Assembly (NCBI GenBank): GCA_963838925.1
Contig: CAWISW010000003.1
Coordinates: forward strand, 512,001 to 576,000
From: an uncultured Nitrososphaerota archaeon
GTDB lineage: Archaea > Thermoproteota > Nitrososphaeria > Nitrososphaerales > Gagatemarchaeaceae
DNA length: 64,000 nt
Direction of reading: 5' to 3'
Made by a program: the position numbers and the translations under genes. The notes beneath the pieces are model-generated. The model had not been told where the DNA came from and searched no databases. It was given only the letters and a program-made list of their open reading frames with translations. Each line of letters begins with the position of its first letter. The stretch's first letter is position 1. Shown here in pieces: positions 10,034-21,408 of the stretch.

Positions 10034-11650
10034 TCAGCCGCGATTCTTTCTGCCTTCCGCCCACTCCTTGGCAATTTCGACCTCGGGCGGCCTCTCTGTC
10101 GCGATGGCGACACTGCCGATGTAAACGTCGCCCGTGTTCCCGTCTATGGATACGAGCTCCCCCTCGGGAACTGCCCGTGACGCGATTGCGATCGCCCTCT
10201 TATCGCTGGATATCGACAGACCGCCACATCCGACAACGCAGACCTTGTCCATGTGCCTGGCGAGCAGCGCGGCGTGAGACGTCTTGCCGCCCAGCGCCGT
10301 GAGCACGCCGCTGCAAACCGCCATCGAGGACACGTCGCTCGTCGCGATGGTCCTCCTGACCATGATCACGGAATCGCCCGCCTCTGACATACGCTTCGCC
10401 CCTTCGTAGTCGACGGCGACCCGCCCCACCGCTACCCCGTGGCCCGCGGGCATGCCCTTCGCCACGGGTTGCTGCTCCGGCCTCCGAACCACGACCGTCC
10501 GCTTGATGGAGTCAAGGTCCAGGCCTTCCAACCGTCCGAGGGCGGTGTCCTGGTCGATGATCCCCTCCCTGACCAGGTCCACGGCTATCTTGACCGCGGC
10601 CCACGACGTCCGCTTTCCGTCCCTGCACTGCAACAGAAACAGCTTGCCTTCCTGGACTGTGAACTCCATGTCCTGCATGTCCTTGAACTCGGCTTCTAGG
10701 GTCGAGCCTATCGTCTGAAGCTCGGAATACACCATGGGCTGGACCAGGTTCAACCTCGCCGTCCCGTTCAGCGCCCGGGTGCCGGAGACTACGTCCTCTC
10801 CTTGCGCGTTGAAGAGGAAATCAAGATAGAACTGCTTCTCGCCCGTCGCCGGGTCTCTGGTGAAAGCGACTCCTGACCCAGACGTGGCTCCCATGTTCCC
10901 GTAGACCATCCTCTCGACGATCACAGCCGTCCCGTCAACGCCTCGGATGTCCTGGAGCCTACGGTATTCCGAGGCCCTCGTACCTCCCCAGGAGCGGAAG
11001 ACTGCCTTCACCGACTCCAACAGCTGGTCCATCGGCTCTTGGGGGAATGGCTCGCCCGCCTCGTCTTTGAACACCTTCAGGTAGTCGCTCACAAGGTTCC
11101 TCATCGAGAGCGCGTCGAGGTCAGCCCTCCTCTCCACGTGCTGCCTGTCGAGGTATTCCTTCGCTATATCATCGAACCTGTGGCCGCCATAGGAGCGGAT
11201 GACCTCAGCGTAGGTCTGTATCAGCCGCCGATAGGAGTCCCACACCAGGTTCGGGTTGCCCGTCATTCGTATCATCTCGCTCGCCGTCGAATCGCACATG
11301 CCGACGTCGAGAACCGTGTCCATCATGCCCGGCATGGAGACGGCGGCGCTCGAGCGAACCGAGACGAGCAGCGGCCTGCGCCCGCCGAACCCTAGGCCCG
11401 TCGAGTTCTCGAGGTTCTCCAGCCTACTCCTGATGGCTCGCACAAGCTCGTCGGGCAGGCCTCCCGTCGAAGCGCACTCCTCGCAAGCCTGGGCGCCTAT
11501 CACGAACCCGTCGGGAACTGGCAGCCCCAACCTCGCCATCCTCATCAGGTTCAACCCCTTCAGCCCCACCTCCTGCACGCCGGGCAGCTGTCCGGACGCG
11601 GAGGCGATCGGGAAGACGCTCGCGCTGTTTCTGCTTGCGGAGCTCTGCAT
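10034..11650 (-). CDS. PPDK-like protein (ATP-grasp plus phospho-His swivel domains, no C-terminal PEP-binding barrel)
   Basis: LGLPVPDGF, LLVSVRSS..SMPGMMDT, NAQGEDVV, DMQDMEFT, GGKTSHAA; ends after SIDGNTGDVY; ATG at 11650 overlaps upstream TGA. Confidence 0.85.
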   Translation of the reverse strand: MQSSASRNSASVFPIASASGQLPGVQEVGLKGLNLMRMARLGLPVPDGFVIGAQACEECASTGGLPDELVRAIRSRLENLENSTGLGFGGRRPLLVSVRSSAAVSMPGMMDTVLDVGMCDSTASEMIRMTGNPNLVWDSYRRLIQTYAEVIRSYGGHRFDDIAKEYLDRQHVERRADLDALSMRNLVSDYLKVFKDEAGEPFPQEPMDQLLESVKAVFRSWGGTRASEYRRLQDIRGVDGTAVIVERMVYGNMGATSGSGVAFTRDPATGEKQFYLDFLFNAQGEDVVSGTRALNGTARLNLVQPMVYSELQTIGSTLEAEFKDMQDMEFTVQEGKLFLLQCRDGKRTSWAAVKIAVDLVREGIIDQDTALGRLEGLDLDSIKRTVVVRRPEQQPVAKGMPAGHGVAVGRVAVDYEGAKRMSEAGDSVIMVRRTIATSDVSSMAVCSGVLTALGGKTSHAALLARHMDKVCVVGCGGLSISSDKRAIAIASRAVPEGELVSIDGNTGDVYIGSVAIATERPPEVEIAKEWAEGRKNRG

Positions 11651-13632
11651 CAAGATCCTATCATCTCCTCCAAGACGTAGTCTTTGAGGACGAGCGCGGA
11701 CCTCATCAAGGAGTCGGTCGAGTCTTCTATGTCCTCGGATATCTCTGACAGCGCGTGCAGCTGCCTGAAGTTCTTCGACTTGCTCAGAAGCGCCGCGATA
11801 ACGAGCCGAAGCCCGTCGTCCGCCTCGTGCTCCATCCCGAGCACGTCGTTGATCGCCTCGAGGAACTCCTCCATGTCCTCTCTTGAGCTCCACCTGCGGA
11901 TTCCCTTCGCGTTCTCCAATGCCCTCATGTGCGCCGACGCGCAACGAGACGCAGAATCCACGAGCGAGCTTATGGGCTCGAAGAAGTCGTCGGAGAGGTC
12001 ATCGCTCGACGTCAGGGTCAACAGAAACACGGCCTGCTCCAAGGAGTCCGCCGCGTCATCGGAGTAGCTCAGCATCCTCTCAAACGACTGCGAGGCGTGC
12101 GTCTTCTTGACTATCAGGCGAGTCTTGTTGAGGAGCGCGTCAGCCTCCGTCTCCCATCGTTTGGCCTTCTCGGCGCTCGCCCTCAGCGGGTCTGGCTCTC
12201 CCATCCTCACCTGGGCCAGGCAGTCCCTCACAGCGCCGATCATCTCCGTGACCAACGTGGCGTGGTCCGCGGCAATCTCGAGCAAGTCCTCGTTGAGGCT
12301 GTGGAAGTACTTGGTGAGTTCGACCCGGACTTCATCTCTGATGAGGAACTCTGACTTGCCGCTGAGCAGGCCGTCCGAGCACGTCTTCAGGCAGAACTCT
12401 AGAAAGTCGGTAGCCTTCTCTGTCCCCAGAATCTCCTCTAGCTTGACCCCGTAGCGCGGGACCCCCCGCGCCCCTTGCTCGATTGCGCCGTAGACGAGCT
12501 GCGCGCCTCCCATCTTCAGGAACCCGCAGTGCCCGACGTCGTTGTCCGCCCCCCACTTCAACACCGCCACCGTGGCCTTGTTGTTGAGGAACTCCTTCAG
12601 CTGCTTCCTTGCCTTGTTCCAATCGATGAGGAAGACTATCCTCGAGCCGAGATACGCCAGGTACTCTCTCAGGACATCCTCGTCCGCCGCCACGAAGACG
12701 CCGATGCTGAAGTGATAGGTCTCGGACTCCAGCCCTCCCCTTCCTTCCCTCGAAGAGGTCTGTGACCACTTGACCTCGAACTTCCCAGAGAGGGATTGGA
12801 GGAAGAAGACCCGCTGCAGGTGCACATCGGTGTAAGTCATCGACACGGTGGTCCCCCTGACCTTCAGCACGATGACGTGCGCGTCCGTGACGCCGATGTT
12901 GTTCTCGATCAGGAGGGTGTCCCCCCGACGGGTCGCAGTGGTCTCCAGGCCGGGGTGGTCGAACTTCAGCCCCGCGGTCCTGTTCACCCCGCTCATGAAC
13001 GCCCGCACGAGCTCCCTGTCGTGGTCTTCTAGCCCGTAGACCCTCGCGCCGTCGACGGACTCTTGGTAGAGCGTCGCCTGGAGGGCGTTGATTGCCTTGT
13101 GAAGGTCCATCACCAAGAGGTGGACGCTGTCCTCCTTCTGCCGGTCTGCAGACGTCATAGAGTCCAAGAACTGCACGTCAACGGCGTCGTTCCGCAAGTC
13201 GTCCCCCTGGACTAGGGCCGCAAGCCTCATGCTGAATTCAGCCTGGCTCTGGGCGTAGTCGCCGCCGGCTGCCCTGACCGCCGCGATCATCGCCTCCACA
13301 TCAGCGACCACGCCTTGGAAGATGCGGCCGACGCCCTTGATGTCGTAGCGACCATCATCCAGCTTCCTGCTCCCTTCCACTATCAGGTCCAGGGTCGCGT
13401 CGTCGACGCCGCAGAGCAGCCTCTCCCTCTGCAGGTTGGAGAACTCCTCGCCGGGCTCGTCCGCGTGCCCCCGCGCAGACTGGAGCAGGGTGAGCAGGTA
13501 CTTCGCCCTGTCGTTCGCTGCCAATGCGTCGGAGACCAGCCTCGGAAGCAGCAGCTCGTCGATCCCAAGCTCGCGAATGATGCCGTCCTTCCCCCCAACG
13601 GGAGGCTCGCTCGACTGGGATAGATTCGTCAT
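11650..13632 (-). CDS. Large protein with C-terminal DUF47/PhoU-like helical domain
   Basis: Repeated WETEAD/EHEADD..DxxD motifs at C-terminus; N-terminal ~440 aa unassigned. Confidence 0.65.
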   Translation of the reverse strand: MTNLSQSSEPPVGGKDGIIRELGIDELLLPRLVSDALAANDRAKYLLTLLQSARGHADEPGEEFSNLQRERLLCGVDDATLDLIVEGSRKLDDGRYDIKGVGRIFQGVVADVEAMIAAVRAAGGDYAQSQAEFSMRLAALVQGDDLRNDAVDVQFLDSMTSADRQKEDSVHLLVMDLHKAINALQATLYQESVDGARVYGLEDHDRELVRAFMSGVNRTAGLKFDHPGLETTATRRGDTLLIENNIGVTDAHVIVLKVRGTTVSMTYTDVHLQRVFFLQSLSGKFEVKWSQTSSREGRGGLESETYHFSIGVFVAADEDVLREYLAYLGSRIVFLIDWNKARKQLKEFLNNKATVAVLKWGADNDVGHCGFLKMGGAQLVYGAIEQGARGVPRYGVKLEEILGTEKATDFLEFCLKTCSDGLLSGKSEFLIRDEVRVELTKYFHSLNEDLLEIAADHATLVTEMIGAVRDCLAQVRMGEPDPLRASAEKAKRWETEADALLNKTRLIVKKTHASQSFERMLSYSDDAADSLEQAVFLLTLTSSDDLSDDFFEPISSLVDSASRCASAHMRALENAKGIRRWSSREDMEEFLEAINDVLGMEHEADDGLRLVIAALLSKSKNFRQLHALSEISEDIEDSTDSLMRSALVLKDYVLEEMIGS

Positions 13633-13737
13633 TTGAACCCTCGAAAACGGGGCCGTCAGGCCATAAAAACGAGTGGGTCGGTTCTCAACATTGACAATCT
13701 GAAGGTATCTGAGGCGAAGATGAAGAAGACGACTCGC

Positions 13738-14268
13738 CTACTCAGCCGCGCTGGGCTGGTAGACGAGCGAGGTCTCGCTAGCGATGACCCCATCGAGCTG
13801 GGATATCTTCTCTATGCTTCCTTCCAGGATGTCCTCGTAGGAGTCGCCGCGCAGGGTTACGAGGACGTCCCATTCGCCGGGGACCACCAGCACCTGGCTG
13901 ACGTTGGGGACCTTCTTCAGGGACTCGACCAACTCGTCGAGGGAACCTTCCGTCCTGAGGAAGACCTGGCCGAGGAACCCGGCCTCTTCCGTCTCCTTGC
14001 TTACGTAGCCCTGGAACGGGACCAAGGAAGTCGTGGCTTGGATGCCGTCGATCTCTCTGATTTGCTTGATTGTCGAGTAGACCTGCTTCGGGTCGCTTCC
14101 CTTGAAGGAAACAGTCAAGTCGTACCTGCCCGTCGTCGCCGCATGCCAGTCGACGTAGTCTATGTCTTCGATGCTCTCCTGGACTTCGTCTAGCTTCCGC
14201 CTCTCCACCTTCGCGAAAAGATAGGTCGGGAGTGCGTTCACGGTCTTTGTTATCGACGCGGTTTGCAT
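13738..14268 (-). CDS. Tandem Lrp/AsnC ligand-binding (RAM) domain protein
   Basis: TTGRYDL..IREIDGI..T and VPGEWDV..ISQLDGV..SET repeats; no HTH. Confidence 0.75.
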   Translation of the reverse strand: MQTASITKTVNALPTYLFAKVERRKLDEVQESIEDIDYVDWHAATTGRYDLTVSFKGSDPKQVYSTIKQIREIDGIQATTSLVPFQGYVSKETEEAGFLGQVFLRTEGSLDELVESLKKVPNVSQVLVVPGEWDVLVTLRGDSYEDILEGSIEKISQLDGVIASETSLVYQPSAAE

Positions 14269-14475
14269 TTTTCTCGGCGCTCTTGCATCGGGCCAGGCTC
14301 ATAAGAGTCGCCCACCTAGAACTGGATAGCAACATTGGGGCTATAGTGCTCGCATGAATAACAGAGGAGCGCCTTGCCTCGACCGGAGCGACATCGTGCC
14401 CAGGCGCTTGGGTTCGAGAGCCAGCCATCGACTGCGCTTATTAGTCGCCGCCGGACCTCGTCCGCAGCTTGCAGA

Positions 14476-14625
14476 ATGGCGTCTTACCACAAGCCGACGG
14501 ATGAGAAGGAGAAGAAGGGGCACAACCACCCGATCAAAGAGAAGTGCGGTCCTCACTGCCCCCGGAACGAGCACTACAAGGGTCCCGTGAAGAAGCTCAG
14601 CTTCTTGCAGAGAAGAAGGCGGTAG
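14476..14625 (+). CDS. Small basic His/Cys-containing peptide (49 aa)
   Basis: MASYHKPTDEKEKKGHNHPIKEKCGPHCPRNEHYKG...RRRR; strong GC3 bias and TTATTA upstream. Confidence 0.45.
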   Translation: MASYHKPTDEKEKKGHNHPIKEKCGPHCPRNEHYKGPVKKLSFLQRRRR

Positions 14626-14842
14626 CGAAGAGTCCGCGACGTCCCTTGGGAAAGATTGAAAGCGACTGACGCAATCTGAACCGCATAGGGTTGGTCGTCG
14701 TACTGCTTGCCCCGACTAGGAAGGCGACGCAAGGACCAGGAAGAAGGCGCGGCATCTCCCAGATCCTTACGAAGAGATCTGGCCGCGGTCCTATGGCTAG
14801 CTCGTGGTTCGACCATTATGGCTCAATCTTGGCTTGAAAGGA

Positions 14843-14858
14843 GTGGACCGGGGGACTC
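14843..14858 (-). repeat. att-like copy of tRNA-Ala(GGC) 3' end (most distal)
   Basis: + strand GTGGACCGGGGGACTC versus GTGGACCGGGGGGGACTC at the tRNA. Confidence 0.7.
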
Positions 14859-14981
14859 ACATGAATATTCAGGTGGAACTTGGACCTTTGAAGCCCAAAG
14901 CCCCGCTGTTCCCTACTGGGTCTAGAGCCGGAAATGACAAGGTTACAGATTCTAGCGGATCCTGTCCCAGAGGACCGTCCC

Positions 14982-15899
14982 TCAACCGACTTCCATCTTG
15001 GTGAACGCGTAGGTGCCGAGAAACAGCATGAAGAGAGCGAACCCAGCTATGACCGCGAAGTCTAGGAGCGGGGACATGAGATACACTCCGGTGAGGGCGC
15101 CCCTTATCCCGTCAACGCCGTAGGTGAGAGGGTTGACGAACTGGACCTGGTAGAGCACGGGTATGCCCTTGACCATGTTTATCGGGAACATGCCGCCAGA
15201 GAGGAAGAACAGCGGCATCTCAATCATGCTCACGAGGCTCATGAAGCCCTCCGTTCCCTCGATGAGAGCACCGAGCGTCAGACCGAAACCAACGAAGCTC
15301 AGGAAGGTGAGCACCATGAAGCCGAGCGCCAGCAGGAAACCGGTAACGCTGACGATGTGGAAGCCGAACCAAACGCCGAAGAGCAGCGCAATGGCAATCG
15401 TGAGCAGCCCCTGAAACATGGCGATGGTCATCGCGCCGAGGCTCCTGCCCATCATGAGCGAAGTGCGCCTGACGGGGGCGACCATAACCTCCTTCAGGAA
15501 ACCGAACTCCTTGTCCCAGAGAACGGTGACACCGCTGTTGGTGCCCGCGAAGAGCAGCCCCATGCCGATGATTCCAGGGACGACGAACGCAAAGAACGGA
15601 AGGCCCCCGAACACAGTTCCTGACGGGAAGAGCCTGCTCAGCGGCAACCCGAAGAGGATCATCCACGTGAACGGCGAGACAATCGCAGAGACGGTTCGAG
15701 TCTTCATTCGGAAGAATCGGATCAGCTCCCTGAGCCACATGCTGTAGATCGGCTGCGCTTCTAGGATGGGCCTCCTCCGCTTTGCGGCCCTCGTCATTCC
15801 GGTTGCGATTCCAACCTCAGCTGGTTTCTCCAGTACCTGCCGGGGGTATTCGTCCTCGGTGGCCCGAGACGTGTCTTCTGTAGAGGCAGGTTCTGCCAA
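14982..15899 (-). CDS. ABC-2 type (DrrB-like) permease
   Basis: WLRELIRF, PGIIGM, DKEFGFLKEVMVAP, NPLTYGVD. Confidence 0.88.
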   Translation of the reverse strand: MAEPASTEDTSRATEDEYPRQVLEKPAEVGIATGMTRAAKRRRPILEAQPIYSMWLRELIRFFRMKTRTVSAIVSPFTWMILFGLPLSRLFPSGTVFGGLPFFAFVVPGIIGMGLLFAGTNSGVTVLWDKEFGFLKEVMVAPVRRTSLMMGRSLGAMTIAMFQGLLTIAIALLFGVWFGFHIVSVTGFLLALGFMVLTFLSFVGFGLTLGALIEGTEGFMSLVSMIEMPLFFLSGGMFPINMVKGIPVLYQVQFVNPLTYGVDGIRGALTGVYLMSPLLDFAVIAGFALFMLFLGTYAFTKMEVG

Positions 15900-15901
15900 C
15901 T

Positions 15902-16906
15902 CTATCTTCCCCCTGACCTGACGCTTCTCCTCAGCCGCACATCCTTGGCGGCACCTTCGGCCTCCCGTATCGTCCTGCCAGTCAGTTGCACAAAGACATC
16001 CTCAAGGTTCGGTTCACGCTCGTCAACGGACGTAATCGCAAAGCCGTGTTTTTCCGCAAAGTCCACGAGCTCAGCTACCCTTCCCTCGCCCCGCTCCACG
16101 TCGAGCAGAACCCCGGTGCCGTATTCTTCCGCGCCCTTTATCCAGCCAAGCTGTCTTACTCTCTCCAGGAATTCAGCCCCCTTCTCTTTGGGGTTCTCTA
16201 TCCCGAGCGATATCAGATCCATGCCCACAGCTTCCTTGAGCCTTGCAGGCGTGTCCATCGCTATGATCTTTCCCTGGTCGATAATTGCTACGCGGTCGCA
16301 CAGGTAATCGGCCTCCTCGATATAGTGCGTTGTGAGCGAGACGGTCACGCCTTCGGTTTCCCTTGCCTTCTTTATCTGCGCCCACAAGTCCATCCTCGCC
16401 TTTATGTCGAATCCGATCGTCGGTTCGTCCAGGAAGACTACCTCGGGATAGGTCATGAAACCCCTGGCCACCTCGAACCTCCGTCGAACCCCCTCGGGAA
16501 GGTCGTGGAGCTTGACGTTCTCTTTGCCCTCCAAGTCGAGCAGAGCTAGGACCTCCTCTATCCTCCTCTTCCTGTCCTCGCTGCTCAGGTTGTACATCCT
16601 ACCATGGAAGTCGAGGTTTTCCCTGCCCGTAAGCCACCAGTCGCTCGAGCGGTCCTGAAAGACTATCCCAATCGAGTTCCTCACCTGGTCGCGGTCCTTG
16701 ACGATGTCATACCCGCATATCTTCGCAGAGCCCGACGTTGGGTACAGGAGGGTCGTCAGCATCTTTATCGTCGTGGACTTCCCAGCACCGTTGGGGCCGA
16801 GGAAGCCGAAGATTTCGCCCTTCTTGACTGCGAAGCTGACGCCATCAACGGCCGTGAAATCCCCGAACGTCTTGGTGAGGGCGACGGCCTCTATTGCCGC
16901 TTCCAA
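15902..16906 (-). CDS. ABC exporter ATP-binding protein (DrrA-like) with degenerate signature motif
   Basis: GPNGAGKST, FLDEPT, TTHY; LPEGV replaces LSGG; TTG start at 16906 inferred. Confidence 0.85.
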   Translation of the reverse strand: MEAAIEAVALTKTFGDFTAVDGVSFAVKKGEIFGFLGPNGAGKSTTIKMLTTLLYPTSGSAKICGYDIVKDRDQVRNSIGIVFQDRSSDWWLTGRENLDFHGRMYNLSSEDRKRRIEEVLALLDLEGKENVKLHDLPEGVRRRFEVARGFMTYPEVVFLDEPTIGFDIKARMDLWAQIKKARETEGVTVSLTTHYIEEADYLCDRVAIIDQGKIIAMDTPARLKEAVGMDLISLGIENPKEKGAEFLERVRQLGWIKGAEEYGTGVLLDVERGEGRVAELVDFAEKHGFAITSVDEREPNLEDVFVQLTGRTIREAEGAAKDVRLRRSVRSGGR

Positions 16907-16907
16907 C

Positions 16908-17939
16908 TCAGTCCTCGCCTCTCTCCCTCGCCGCTTTACCCGTGTAACGCAAGAGAACGTCATCCAGACTGGCCCTGTGGGATTTTATGGACGAGACGTC
17001 GAATCCGTGTTTCGTGGCAAACCTCACTATCTCCAGTATTCCGACGCTTCTGTCTTCCATGCTGAGGACCAACGAGGAGTCAATCTTCCTGACGTCTTTT
17101 ACCCATCCAAGCTCTCTCAACTGCCCCTCGAACTCTTGGTCCGAACCCTTGGATAGCCTGAGCGTTATCAGGTCCTCGCCCACCGAGGCCTTGAGCTGAT
17201 CTGGCGTGCCTATCGCTAGAATCCTGCCTTCGTCCATGATCCCTGTTCTGTTGCAGAGATAGTCAGCCTCGTCAAGGTACGACGTCGCCAGCAGGACTGT
17301 CGTACCTCTCTCCCTGTTTATCCTCTTGATGTAATCCCACACGTACCTTCTGGTCTGCACATCGAGGCCTATCGTCGGCTCGTCCAGGAAGAGGACCTCC
17401 GGAGCTGTCAGCATCCCCCTCGCTATCTCGAGCCTCCGCAGCATCCCTCCAGAGTAATCGTGCACTTCCGCATCTGCATGAGCTTCCAATCCCACTGTTC
17501 TTAGGACGTCGGCCACCCGCTTCTCTCTGACCTGTCTCGGTAGGTTGTACATGCGCGCCGCGAAATCGAGGTTCTCCTTCCCCGTAAGATAGATGTCGAC
17601 GGCCTCCTCCTCGAATACAAGCCCGATGGACCGCCTCACGCCGTCCTTGTCCTTCACGATGTCGTGGCCGCACACCGTGGCGCTCCCAGATTCCGGGTTC
17701 AGGAGGGAAGAGAGCATCATGACAGTCGTCGTCTTGCCAGCCCCGTTCAGGCCGACAAGCCCGAAGATCTCTCCCCGACGCACCTGGAAGCTGATGGAGT
17801 CAACCGCAGTAACATTTCCATAGCGTTTGGCGAGGTTCCTGACGTCGATGACCGCTTCGCTCTCACTACCGTCGGCGCTGCCAACAACAACGGCGATCGT
17901 CGCTATCGGGCGCTGTTGTCGTTGAGGAACGGTATCCAT
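16908..17939 (-). CDS. ABC exporter ATP-binding protein (DrrA-like)
   Basis: GLNGAGKTT, YSGGM, FLDEPT; H-loop reads ATSY. Confidence 0.85.
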   Translation of the reverse strand: MDTVPQRQQRPIATIAVVVGSADGSESEAVIDVRNLAKRYGNVTAVDSISFQVRRGEIFGLVGLNGAGKTTTVMMLSSLLNPESGSATVCGHDIVKDKDGVRRSIGLVFEEEAVDIYLTGKENLDFAARMYNLPRQVREKRVADVLRTVGLEAHADAEVHDYSGGMLRRLEIARGMLTAPEVLFLDEPTIGLDVQTRRYVWDYIKRINRERGTTVLLATSYLDEADYLCNRTGIMDEGRILAIGTPDQLKASVGEDLITLRLSKGSDQEFEGQLRELGWVKDVRKIDSSLVLSMEDRSVGILEIVRFATKHGFDVSSIKSHRASLDDVLLRYTGKAARERGED

Positions 17940-18181
17940 CTCGGTCGAAGTCCTAGAGCGCTTCGGTCGAGCAAACAGTTAAGCAGGACACACGTTTCTC
18001 AAGTTTGAGAAACGGTCTACCCGTTCTCCGAGGTGGTGCGCCGTCGTGCCTGCGCATATGGACGTAGCAGCAGTTCGCGCTGCACAACTGGCACATGAAA
18101 TGGTATCCGGACTTGTTGGGTTTCAATCGCGCAAGCCTAATATCTCCTGACAACGGAGCAGTTTAGTCAACTGGGGTTTGA

Positions 18182-20350
<2,169 letters not shown>

Positions 20351-21045
20351 AAGAATTCAAATGGCGGGCCCAGCAGGATAAGCTTGGAAAATCAAGCGAA
20401 TCCGATTGCTCAGCCAAGCAAGATGGGAAGTTCGATTGTCTGGAGGCGTTTGAGCGGACTCGTAGCGGTCTCCTACGGCTTAATGAAGTCATGGGGATTT
20501 CAAGGATAACACCGATCGAGAGCGAGTCCGGCATCTGTGATGCTAGGTTCTCAATCGTATTCGAAGTAGAGAGTGAGACGAGCGCTGAATAGGGTCTCCA
20601 CTCATTCTTGACGAGCGAAGATTTAACTATGAATTTGGCTTGAAACGGCTCGATTGATTCATGAAATGCTATTTTTGTGAAAATGATGCAAGAGGGACAT
20701 GCTCGGACTGCTCCAGGGGCGTGTGCAAGGCGCATTCAATCGTACATAATGCCGGTAGGGTAGGAGATGGAACGGCCCCGAGACTGATTTGCAAGGAATG
20801 CGAAGCGGCAATGTGAAGCCGGTGCGCCCATAACTTAGGTTAGAATCCTGCTGAAAAGTGACCACTTCATCAAGAAAACACCTCCCTTCGAGAGATAAGA
20901 TACAATATCTCAGAGATTATGCAGGCTATAAACAGGGCAGGGTACTCGAGTAGGCTGATCAGAAGAGAGGCGAAGTGAAAGCACGCGGAGGTAGAGGGTC
21001 TGAGCAAGCGTAAATACTACGCAGTCATCATGGCGGCCGAGTGTC

Positions 21046-21234
21046 ATGACCAAGGAATTCGCCTGCAAGGACATCGGCATGAGCTGCGGTTTCAAGGCTT
21101 CTGCCAAGACGGAGGATGAATTGATGCCGAAGATCGCCCAGCATGCGAAGGACGTACACAAGTTGGACCCGATTCCCGCAGAAACCTTACAGAAGGTCAA
21201 GGCCGCCATCAAGGACAAGAAAGGCTGGTTTTGA
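21046..21234 (+). CDS. DUF1059 family small metal-binding protein
   Basis: FACKDIGMSCGF..A.TEDEL...HA..VH. Confidence 0.8.
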   Translation: MTKEFACKDIGMSCGFKASAKTEDELMPKIAQHAKDVHKLDPIPAETLQKVKAAIKDKKGWF

Positions 21235-21408
21235 GAACCCCCATCAGCCGCCCTGAGTGACTCAACCGGGTAGCCTTGGCATCGTAGCAAAAGGGCGTCC
21301 TTTTGCCGTCGGTCACGAAATTCTATAAAGTAAAAGGGCACCTGCCTGGTGCCCCGCCAAATCCGCCGGCGATACCTGCAAAACAGCCGACTACAACTGC
21401 TAGCGTCC

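Noticed and set aside
11651-11944. N-terminal extension of the PPDK-like ORF given in the ORF track
   Set aside because: It overlaps the upstream gene out of frame; the TGATG coupling at 11650 is the more plausible start
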